DNA from: Verrucomicrobiota bacterium
GTDB taxonomy: Bacteria > Verrucomicrobiota > Verrucomicrobiia > Limisphaerales > Palsa-1400
DNA: 64,000 nt
Assembly (NCBI GenBank): GCA_049510745.1
Contig: JBEKYR010000019.1
Location: 1 to 64,000, forward strand
Reading direction: 5' to 3'
Below are positions 20,302-28,351 of this stretch, one piece after another. A program made the position numbers and the translations under genes. Under the pieces are notes generated by a model, which ran no database searches, was not told where the DNA came from, and was given only the letters and a program-made list of their open reading frames with translations. The first letter of the stretch is position 1. Each line of letters opens with the position of its first letter.

Positions 20302-21683
20302 ACGCTCCGCCGCGCAAATTGAACCTGGACCAGTGGGACGACCGCTACGAGCAACTTCGGCGGGACGGCCTGCGCGAACCCGGCTACGGCGGCCCGTTGC
20401 GCCGTCATGTCGCCCGCGAGAAGGATTTCCGGCTGCAACATTTGCAGTTCGACAACTCGCCCGCCGCGCTGCGGCTCTGGAATTTTCTGCTGACGGAAAA
20501 CGAGCGGCTGCACCAGGCCCGCGCCAACGGCCACAAACTTGTCGGCACGATGAAAGACCTCGGCACCGTGCCGGTCATGGCGTACGCGCTGCCGGGCATG
20601 CGGGCGTTTTATCCGGACGGCGCGTGGTGGACGCCCTGCCTGATGGAATGCAGCGACATGCTGTTGCAACAGGCGGAAAAAATGGGCATTGACGCCTCGT
20701 TTTGTCCGGTGCGCGCGATGCTGCCGGCCTTGGTGAATGGCGGGCATTTCCCGCGGCCGGATTTGCTGGTTTGCAGCGCCGGCGCAATCTGCGATGATTT
20801 TTCCGCCATCGCGCAACGTCTGGAACATCTGGGCCATTCCATTCTTTGGTGGGAAATCCCGCGCCGCCGCCCCCCTGCTTTGGGCGAAACGGCCTGCGCG
20901 CTGCCGGGCGATCTCGCCGCGCCGAAAATTCAAGTGGACTGCGTGCGGACGGAATTGCAGCGCGTGGGCAAGGCGCTGGGTGAACTGGCCGGAAAAACCC
21001 TGGACAACGACTGTTTGGCAGCTGCGATTCGCGCGGCCAACCAAGTGCGCCGGCGGCTGGACTCGTTGCGCCGGACCGTTTATTCCGCCGCCGCCGCGCC
21101 GCTGCCCGCCCTGGAAATGCTCGTCGCGGAAATGCTCGCGCTTCATTTCTGCTCCGACCGCGAGGAAACCATCGCCGTGCTCGACGCCTTGCTGGCCGAG
21201 GTTGAAGGGCGCGCGCGGCGGAACCAGTTTGTGGTCAGCGCCAAGGCGGTACGGATTTTCTGGGTGAATCCGGTGGCGGATTTGCGCGCCATGAACTTGC
21301 TGGAAGAAATTGGCGGACGCATTTGCGGTTCGGATTACATGTTCACCCACGCCTTGGATTTGATTCCCGAGAATCTGCCGCCGCTGGAAGCGCTGGCCCG
21401 CACCGCGCTGGCCGATTTGATGGTCGGCCCGACAGCCGAGCGCGCGGCGCGCATCGTCCGCGAATGTCAGGCCAACCGCGCCGAGGCCGTGGTCGTGTCG
21501 CGCATTCCCGGCGCGAGCCACTGCGCGCGCGAGGGAAAAATCATCCTCGAAATTGTGCGGCGAAAGATCGGGATTCCCGCCCTCGAACTTGAAATTCCGC
21601 CGGTGTGCGATGCCCTGCGGCCGAGCCTCGCCTCGCGGTTGCAGGCCCTGGTTGAAACCGCCCAGGCCAGGAGGACAAAATGA
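20298..21683 (+). CDS. 2-hydroxyacyl-CoA dehydratase family subunit
   Basis: SFCPVRA, GAICDD, ASHC, RLQALVE. ATGA-coupled start at 20298. Confidence 0.7.
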   Translation: MNAPPRKLNLDQWDDRYEQLRRDGLREPGYGGPLRRHVAREKDFRLQHLQFDNSPAALRLWNFLLTENERLHQARANGHKLVGTMKDLGTVPVMAYALPGMRAFYPDGAWWTPCLMECSDMLLQQAEKMGIDASFCPVRAMLPALVNGGHFPRPDLLVCSAGAICDDFSAIAQRLEHLGHSILWWEIPRRRPPALGETACALPGDLAAPKIQVDCVRTELQRVGKALGELAGKTLDNDCLAAAIRAANQVRRRLDSLRRTVYSAAAAPLPALEMLVAEMLALHFCSDREETIAVLDALLAEVEGRARRNQFVVSAKAVRIFWVNPVADLRAMNLLEEIGGRICGSDYMFTHALDLIPENLPPLEALARTALADLMVGPTAERAARIVRECQANRAEAVVVSRIPGASHCAREGKIILEIVRRKIGIPALELEIPPVCDALRPSLASRLQALVETAQARRTK

Positions 21684-22471
21684 TTTGCGCCGGCATCGAC
21701 GCGGGTTCGCGCTCCATCAAGGCGCTGCTGTTCGACACCGACCGGGCGCAAGTTCTTGCCTCCGGCCTGGCCGACCAGGGCGTGGAACAAGAACGCCTGG
21801 CAGCGGAACTTTTCGCGGCGCTTTTGCGGGAGGCGGGACTGGAGCGGTCGCGCGTTTCCGGCGTGGTGGCCACCGGCTACGGACGCCATGCCATCCGTTT
21901 CGCCGACACCACCATCACCGAGATCACCTGCCACGCGCGCGGCGTCCACCGGCTGGCGCCGGACGCGCGCACGATTGTCGAGATCGGCGGACAGGACAGC
22001 AAGGTCATCTGCCTCGAAGACGGCGGGCGCGTGCGCGATTTTGCGATGAACGACCGCTGCGCGGCGGGCACGGGACGCTTCCTGGAGATGGTCGCGGCGC
22101 GGCTGGACATGAATTGGGAAAAGCTGTCGGAACTGGCGCGCCAGAGCAAAAAGCCCGCGCTCATCAGCAACATGTGCGTGGTCTTCGCCGAGACGGAAAT
22201 CATCGGCCTGCTGGCGGACGGCCAGCCGTTGGCGGACGTGGTGGCCGGCGTGCAAAACGCCATTGCCACCCGCGTGGGGGCGCTGGCCGGGCGGTTCGTT
22301 TCGCCGCCGGTTTATTTCACCGGCGGCGTCGCGTTGCTGGCCGGCATGGCCCGCGCGCTGGAGGAGGTTTTGGCTTGTCCGGTCCGGGTCGCGCCGCGGC
22401 CGCAATTCACCGGCGCGCTCGGCGCCGCGCTGTCCGCCCGCGCGGCCGAGCCGCCCGGCGGCGGCCTATGA
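21680..22471 (+). CDS. ATP-dependent [4Fe-4S] activase (HgdC/BadF/BcrA/D, YjiL-like)
   Basis: GIDAGSRSIK, ATGYGR, EITCHARG, IGGQDSK, MNDRCAAGTGRFLE, CVVFAETE, GALGAA. Confidence 0.92.
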   Translation: MICAGIDAGSRSIKALLFDTDRAQVLASGLADQGVEQERLAAELFAALLREAGLERSRVSGVVATGYGRHAIRFADTTITEITCHARGVHRLAPDARTIVEIGGQDSKVICLEDGGRVRDFAMNDRCAAGTGRFLEMVAARLDMNWEKLSELARQSKKPALISNMCVVFAETEIIGLLADGQPLADVVAGVQNAIATRVGALAGRFVSPPVYFTGGVALLAGMARALEEVLACPVRVAPRPQFTGALGAALSARAAEPPGGGL

Positions 22472-22543
22472 ACAAATTTTGTGAAATCGGCGAGGGTTTA
22501 GGTCTGGCGTTGCCGCTGGTGAAGCGGTACCCTGTCTTGGTTC

Positions 22544-23953
22544 ATGCCGGATCAAAAACAGGAATTGCTGCGAGCGCTGCCAGCCATCACTGACTTGCTG
22601 AAAAGCGAAACCGCCGCCGGCTGGCTCCGGCAACATCCGCAGCCGCTTGTGACCGAATGTCTGCGCCGCGCGCTGGCCGGATGGCGGCGGCAAATCCTCG
22701 ATGACGCCGCCAGCCCTGGCGGCACGGAGCACCTCAGCGTTGAGACGGTGCTGGCACAGGCGGAAAAATTTCTCCAGGACGCCACCGAACCGCGCCTGCG
22801 CGAAGCCATCAACGCCACCGGCATCATCCTGCACACCGGCCTGGGCCGGGCGGTTCTGTCGGCGGGCGTGGTGGATTCGATGATGGACGAGTTGAAGGGT
22901 TATTGCACGCTGGCCGTGGACCGCGCCTCCGGCGAACGCGCCGGGCGCGATGAATTGGTGGAATACATCTTGACGGAACTGACCGGCGCCGAGGCGGCCA
23001 CGGTCGTCAACAATAACGCCGCTGCCACCCTGCTGGCGCTGGCGGCGCTGGCGGCGCCCAAGGAAGTCATCGTGTCGCGCGGACAGCTCATTGAAATCGG
23101 CGGCTCCTTCCGCCTGCCGGAAGTGATGGCGCAAAGCGGCGCGCGGCTCGTCGAAGTGGGCGCGACCAACCGCACGCATCTCAAGGATTACCAAAGAGCC
23201 GTCACGGAAAATACGGCGGCAATCCTGCGGGCGCATCCCAGCAATTATCGCGTCGTCGGTTTCACCAGCGAAGTCGCGCTGCGCGATCTGGCCGAACTGG
23301 CCCACGGCCGCAATTTGATTCTGATGGATGATCTCGGCGCGGGCGCGTTGGTGGATTTGAAACGCTTCGGCCTGCCCCACGAGCCGACCGCGCGCGAATC
23401 CATCGAAGCCGGCGCGGACGTGGTCCTGTTCAGCGGGGACAAACTCATCGGCGCCGGCCAGTGCGGCGTGATCGTGGGGCGAAAGGCGTTGATTGAAAGA
23501 CTCCGCCAACATCCGCTCATGCGCGCCGTCCGCGTGGACAAAATCTGCCTGATGGTTCTGGAGCGGACGCTGCACCTGTTCCGCGACCCGGCGCGGCTGG
23601 CACGCGAGCATCCGATCTACCGCATGATCAGCACGCCGCCGGAAGAGTTGAAATCGCGCGCCCAGGAACTCGCGCGCCTGATTTCCGCCGAAGCTCCCAA
23701 GGCCGGAATTGAAATCGCCGAAAGCGAGGCCTTCCTCGGCAGCGGCTCGTTGCCGACGGAGGCGATTCCCAGTTTTGTCGTGACGGTTTCCCTGCCGGAA
23801 ATGAGCGCCGCCGAACTGGCGCGGAGGCTGCGGTTGGATCGCGCCTGCGTTTTTGGACGCATCGAAAACGACCGGGTCTGCCTGGATGTGCGCACGTTGA
23901 CCGGCGAACAAGTGCCGGCCGTCGCCGCGGCCTTTGGCCGTCTCGTCGCATGA
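22544..23953 (+). CDS. selA: L-seryl-tRNA(Sec) selenium transferase
   Basis: INATGIILHTGLGRA, VNNNAAA, SRGQLIEIGGSFRLP, EVGATNRTH, FSGDKL. Confidence 0.97.
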   Translation: MPDQKQELLRALPAITDLLKSETAAGWLRQHPQPLVTECLRRALAGWRRQILDDAASPGGTEHLSVETVLAQAEKFLQDATEPRLREAINATGIILHTGLGRAVLSAGVVDSMMDELKGYCTLAVDRASGERAGRDELVEYILTELTGAEAATVVNNNAAATLLALAALAAPKEVIVSRGQLIEIGGSFRLPEVMAQSGARLVEVGATNRTHLKDYQRAVTENTAAILRAHPSNYRVVGFTSEVALRDLAELAHGRNLILMDDLGAGALVDLKRFGLPHEPTARESIEAGADVVLFSGDKLIGAGQCGVIVGRKALIERLRQHPLMRAVRVDKICLMVLERTLHLFRDPARLAREHPIYRMISTPPEELKSRAQELARLISAEAPKAGIEIAESEAFLGSGSLPTEAIPSFVVTVSLPEMSAAELARRLRLDRACVFGRIENDRVCLDVRTLTGEQVPAVAAAFGRLVA

Positions 23954-25899
23954 CCGCGCTGCGCCGCCACATCATGCTCGGCACCGCCGGGCACGTGGAC
24001 CACGGCAAGAGCGCGCTGGTCAAGCTGCTCACCGGCTGCGAAACCGACACGCTGGCGGAGGAAAAACAGCGCGGCCTCACGATTGACCTCGGCTTCGCGC
24101 CCTGCCAGCTCGCGGACAAACGGGTGGTCGGGGTGGTGGACGTTCCCGGCCACGTGGATTTCATCCGCAACATGGTCGCCGGCGCGCACGGCATCGACGT
24201 GGTCATCTTTGTCGTCGCGGCGGACGATGGCATCATGCCGCAAACGCACGAGCACCTGCACATTCTCACGCTGATGGGGTTGCGCCACGGGCTGGTGGCG
24301 CTGACGAAAATTGATCTCGTGGACGCCGCCCGGCGGGATTTTGTGATCCAGGATTTGCGGCGGCTGCTGGCGGAAACCTTTTTGGCCGGCGCGCCCATTT
24401 GTCCGGTCTCCAACGTCACCGGCGAAGGCCTCGACGATTTTTTTGACGCGTTGAACCGGACCGTGGACGCGTGCGGCGACCGGCCTTGCGCCGGGCCGTT
24501 CCGGCTGTGGGTCGAGGATGCGTTCAGCATCCGCGGCACGGGCACAGTCGTCACCGGCATTCCCACCCATGGCCGGGTTCGCCCTGGCGACGAGCTTCAT
24601 CTCTTGCCCGCCGGTCTGGCCGGGCACGTCCGCCGGATGCAGGTTTATGGCGAGGACGCCGCGGAAGGAAGCGCCGGGGAATGTGTCGCGCTGAACATAC
24701 CGGAACTGGAGCACGAAGCCGTCCGGCGCGGCCTGGCTCTCTGCGCTTCAAATATGTTCGAGCCGAGCATGATGGCCGAGGCGGAATTGCAAATTTTGAA
24801 ATCCATCCAAACCAACATCGAGGACTACCTCGAAGTGCAACTTCATGTTGGAACCGCCTCGGTCCCGGCGCGCCTGGCGATGCTGGAAAACACCGCCATG
24901 ACCGGCGGTCAAAGACAATTCGTCCAGCTTCGCCTCGCCTCACCGCTGCCGCTCGTGCCCGGGGAGCGGTTTGTGGCGCGGGCCAATGTTGCCGGCGCGG
25001 GCCTCAGCGGGCTGACGACCATCGGCGGCGGACAAATTCTCGGCTTGAGCAACGCGCGGTTGCGCCGGAAAAAACCATGGACGCTCGACCTGCTCGCCAC
25101 CCGGCGCGAAGCCGTCCAGCTTCCGCTGCGCTGGTGCGAACAGATGGTGCGCGAAAGCGAATCGCCCGCCACCGTGGCCAGCCTCCAAAAAAAATGCTGG
25201 AACCGCCCGGAGGAAATCGCCGAAGCGCTCGAACGGTTGCACGCCGAAAACCGGGTGGTTCAGGCGCCTGGCGGCGGATGGATTCATCGCGCCGCGATGC
25301 AAAAGATGGCGGAGAACATTCTCGCCGCCGTCCAGACTTTTCACGCGGCCAACCCGCAACGCGCCGGCATCAGCCGCGAAGAACTGCAGGCGGCGCTCAA
25401 AGCCGATCCCGTTTTTCTGGAGGCGGCGGCGGAATCGCTGCTGGACTCGAAGCAGATCGAACGCAACGGCGCGCTCTTGGCGCGGGCCGGTTGGAACGCG
25501 CGGATTCCAGAGCGCGACCAGCGCTTGTGCGACCAGATCGCCGCGAAATTGCAGCAAGGCGGCTGCTCCCCTCCGGGCTTGGCCGAACTGGCCGCGTCGG
25601 CCAACGAGCCGCTCCCGCGCGTCCTCGCGCTGGCGCAACTGCTGGCGGAACGCGGCGTGGTGGTGCGGTTGGACGACCAGATTTGGATGCACCGCGACGC
25701 CGTGGCGGCCGGCCGGGAAACGGCCCTAAGACTTTTCACGCGCGCGCCGGCCTTTTCCACGATGGAATTCCGCGACGCCCTCGGCGTCAGCCGCAAATTC
25801 GCCGTGCCGCTGGCGGATTACCTGGACAAAATCCGCTTCACCGTCCGCTCCGGCAACAATCGCACGCCGGGAGCGGAAGCCAGAAAACTCTTTCCATGA
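23950..25899 (+). CDS. selB: Selenocysteine-specific elongation factor
   Basis: GTAGHVDHGKS, EEKQRGLTIDLGF, DVPGH, C-terminal SECIS-binding winged helix FRDALGVSRKFAVPL. Confidence 0.97.
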   Translation: MTALRRHIMLGTAGHVDHGKSALVKLLTGCETDTLAEEKQRGLTIDLGFAPCQLADKRVVGVVDVPGHVDFIRNMVAGAHGIDVVIFVVAADDGIMPQTHEHLHILTLMGLRHGLVALTKIDLVDAARRDFVIQDLRRLLAETFLAGAPICPVSNVTGEGLDDFFDALNRTVDACGDRPCAGPFRLWVEDAFSIRGTGTVVTGIPTHGRVRPGDELHLLPAGLAGHVRRMQVYGEDAAEGSAGECVALNIPELEHEAVRRGLALCASNMFEPSMMAEAELQILKSIQTNIEDYLEVQLHVGTASVPARLAMLENTAMTGGQRQFVQLRLASPLPLVPGERFVARANVAGAGLSGLTTIGGGQILGLSNARLRRKKPWTLDLLATRREAVQLPLRWCEQMVRESESPATVASLQKKCWNRPEEIAEALERLHAENRVVQAPGGGWIHRAAMQKMAENILAAVQTFHAANPQRAGISREELQAALKADPVFLEAAAESLLDSKQIERNGALLARAGWNARIPERDQRLCDQIAAKLQQGGCSPPGLAELAASANEPLPRVLALAQLLAERGVVVRLDDQIWMHRDAVAAGRETALRLFTRAPAFSTMEFRDALGVSRKFAVPLADYLDKIRFTVRSGNNRTPGAEARKLFP

Positions 25900-27518
25900 A
25901 AATTGATTTTGCCAAACGCCGCCGCGTGATGGAGCGGTCGCAGCTTCTGGGGCATTGCATCTGCGACGTGCAACGGCCCTGTCCGTGCGATGTGCTTCGT
26001 GAACAGAATCTTTGTCCCTGCGCCGGAGAGCGGCCTGACACGGTTGACATTTCGCAGGTGAAATTGACGCAACTGGCGCGCAATGCCGGGTGCGCCTCCA
26101 AGCTCGCACCCGCCGATTTGGACGCGCTGCTGGGCCGGCTGCCGGCGGTGGAGGACCCGGCGGTGATTTCCGGCCTGGCCGCCGCCGATGACGCGGCGAT
26201 TTACCGAATGGCGGAGAACCTTTGCCTGGTGCAGACGGTGGACGTGTTCACGCCTTGCGTGGACGACCCGCGGCTCTTCGGCAAAATCTGCGCGGCCAAT
26301 TGTCTCTCGGACATCTACGCCATGGGCGGCGAACCGCGCACGGCTTTGAGCGTGCTGGCGTTTCCTTCCGAAAAACTGCCGGGCGAAATTATTTTTCAAA
26401 TGCTCGACGGCGCAATGGAGGTTTTCAAGCAAGCCGGCGTCGCGCTCGTCGGCGGGCACAGCATCAAGGATGATGAAATCAAACTCGGCTTTGCCATCAC
26501 GGGCCTGATCGATCCCGCCGTGGCCGCCGCCCTGGATAAGCCCAATGCCGGCGACGCGCTGGTCCTGACCAAACCGCTCGGCACGGGTGTGCTGGCGTTT
26601 TGCCGCCAAATCGGGCGCGAGCATCCGGCAGGCATCGCGGCGGCCGAACTTTCCATGTCCGCGCTGAACCAGGCGGCAGCGGAGGCGATGAAAGAAGCGG
26701 GCGCGTCGGCCTGCACGGACGTCACGGGCTTCGGCCTCTTCGCCCATCTGCTGCGGATGCTGCGGCCGGGCGGACTGGGCGCGGAAATTTTCGCGGAGAC
26801 GCTGCCGGCCTTCGACGGCGCGATGGACGCCCTGCGGCAAGGCGTGATTCCGGGCGCGATTGAGCGCAACCGCGAGTATGCCGGCGACGCGCTTCACGTT
26901 GCGCCGGGCGTAAACGAGGCCGCGGTGAACCTGGGATTCGACGCGCAGACTTCCGGCGGCTTGCTGATCGCCGTTCCGCCGGAGCGGCTGGAACGGTTGC
27001 GGCAATCTCTGGCCCGGCGCGGCGCCGGCCATTTTGTCATCGGCAAAATCGTTGCTGAAGCCGGACAGATTTATCTTTCAGCGGCCGGCAACAACACGGC
27101 GGAAATTTCAAGATTGAATTCAACCCTTCAACCGCGGAACATTGATTCCATGACAACACCAAAGAAAAATTCCCCGCCCCGCCACGGCGATTGCTGCGCG
27201 GGCGCGGGCGAAACCGCAGCCGGTTCCGCCGCCGAATCAGAAAAGGCCTTTGACGCGCTGATCCGGTCGGTGCGATCGGCGGGCGCGCTGGATGAAAAGA
27301 CGAAGGAACTTATTCTGTTCAGCCTGGTCGTGGGCAGCCGTTGTCAACCATGTTTTGAGGCGCATCTGCGCAAGGCGCGCGAACTGGGCCTCTCGCAGGC
27401 GGAACTGGACGAGGCGGCGTGGTGCGCCATCGCCCTGGGCGGCGCGCCGGTCATGATGTTTTATCAGGAATGCCTGGAGCGGATTCAATCGGGCAAGGCG
27501 GACCGGGCGCGACCTTGA
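25896..27518 (+). CDS. selD: Selenide,water dikinase (Cys form) with N-terminal Cys-rich extension and C-terminal CMD/AhpD domain
   Basis: Start at ATG 25896 (ATGA overlap with selB). Core motifs AGCASKL, DDAA, TVDVFTP, LSDIYAMGG, GGHS, LTKPLG, TDVTGFGL, DAQTSGGLL. C-terminal EKTKELI..SLVVGSRCQPC..H. Confidence 0.93.
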   Translation: MKIDFAKRRRVMERSQLLGHCICDVQRPCPCDVLREQNLCPCAGERPDTVDISQVKLTQLARNAGCASKLAPADLDALLGRLPAVEDPAVISGLAAADDAAIYRMAENLCLVQTVDVFTPCVDDPRLFGKICAANCLSDIYAMGGEPRTALSVLAFPSEKLPGEIIFQMLDGAMEVFKQAGVALVGGHSIKDDEIKLGFAITGLIDPAVAAALDKPNAGDALVLTKPLGTGVLAFCRQIGREHPAGIAAAELSMSALNQAAAEAMKEAGASACTDVTGFGLFAHLLRMLRPGGLGAEIFAETLPAFDGAMDALRQGVIPGAIERNREYAGDALHVAPGVNEAAVNLGFDAQTSGGLLIAVPPERLERLRQSLARRGAGHFVIGKIVAEAGQIYLSAAGNNTAEISRLNSTLQPRNIDSMTTPKKNSPPRHGDCCAGAGETAAGSAAESEKAFDALIRSVRSAGALDEKTKELILFSLVVGSRCQPCFEAHLRKARELGLSQAELDEAAWCAIALGGAPVMMFYQECLERIQSGKADRARP

Positions 27519-27628
27519 GCGCAAATGCGGCGTTTTCCGCTGGAGATCTGCATAACTTGCCAAATCACCAATAAAAGCACGTCTTTCGACTCCAATCTTG
27601 GAATAACTTCATGCGAGAATACTTTTGT

Positions 27629-27683
27629 ATAAAGTTATATAAAATAAACGTTGACGTACTTCACTAAAATGGTATAACTTTAT
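27629..27683 (+). promoter_or_regulatory. Sigma70 promoter of vapBC framed by an 11-bp inverted repeat (probable operator)
   Basis: TTGACG (27651) - 16 nt - TATAAC (27673) with extended -10 TG. ATAAAGTTATA (27629) and TATAACTTTAT (27673) are perfect reverse complements. Confidence 0.7.
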
Positions 27684-27686
27684 GCC

Positions 27687-27932
27687 GTGATTACAACATT
27701 TAAAACCGACACGGTTAATTTTGGCGCCAAAGGCCAGGTGGTCATCCCCCGCCGTCTGCGCAGGGAATTTGAAATTGAGGAGGGGACGAAGGCGCAGGTG
27801 TATGTTGAGAACGGCCAGATTGTGCTCAAACCGATCACGTCGAAATTCATCAGAAGTTTGCGCGGCTCCTTGAAGGGCACCAAGGCGATGGAAACCTTCA
27901 TGGCGGAACGGAAGCGGGAAAGGGAATTATAA
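27687..27932 (+). CDS. vapB: AbrB/MazE-family antitoxin
   Basis: KGQVVIPRRLRREFEIEEG; overlaps the PIN gene by 1 nt. Confidence 0.85.
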   Translation: MITTFKTDTVNFGAKGQVVIPRRLRREFEIEEGTKAQVYVENGQIVLKPITSKFIRSLRGSLKGTKAMETFMAERKREREL

Positions 27933-28333
27933 TGGCCACCAAGGTTCTGGACAGTTGGGCACTCATGGCGCTCTTCAATGAAGAACCCGCCGCCAGCGCG
28001 GTGGAAAAACTTCTGGCCCAAGCCGCTGCTGACCGGCACAAACTTTTGATGAGTGTGGTGAACTGGGGTGAAATTTATTATTCCGTGGCACGCGGAGCTT
28101 CCCGCGAAATGGCGGAACAAAAAGCCAAAGAAATTGCCGCCATGCCCCTTGAGATTGTGCCTGCCGATCTTCACCAGACTCACCAGGCTGCGATTTACAA
28201 GGCCGCGTGCAGAATGTCCTACGCCGACTGCTTTGGCGCGGCCCTGGCCAAGATCAAAAACGCAGAGTTCGTCACCGGCGACCCGGAATTCAAAGAAGTT
28301 GAGAAGGAAATAAAAATCAACTGGCTGAAATAA
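27932..28333 (+). CDS. vapC: PIN-domain toxin
   Basis: VLDSWAL, SVVNWGE, SYADC, VTGD.EF. Confidence 0.9.
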   Translation: MATKVLDSWALMALFNEEPAASAVEKLLAQAAADRHKLLMSVVNWGEIYYSVARGASREMAEQKAKEIAAMPLEIVPADLHQTHQAAIYKAACRMSYADCFGAALAKIKNAEFVTGDPEFKEVEKEIKINWLK

Positions 28334-28351
28334 TCGCAGCCCGAGAAAACT

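Noticed and set aside
22468..22593. Short ORF bridging the activase stop and selA
   Set aside because: It is 41 codons, out of frame with selA, with no motif; insufficient evidence.
24471..25895. First 475 aa of the 1015-aa ORF
   Set aside because: It is an Arg/Pro-rich off-frame shadow of selB; SelD starts at ATG 25896, overlapping the selB stop.
26080..26105. Sec in SelD itself
   Set aside because: The catalytic position is TGC (GCASK); there is no in-frame TGA.
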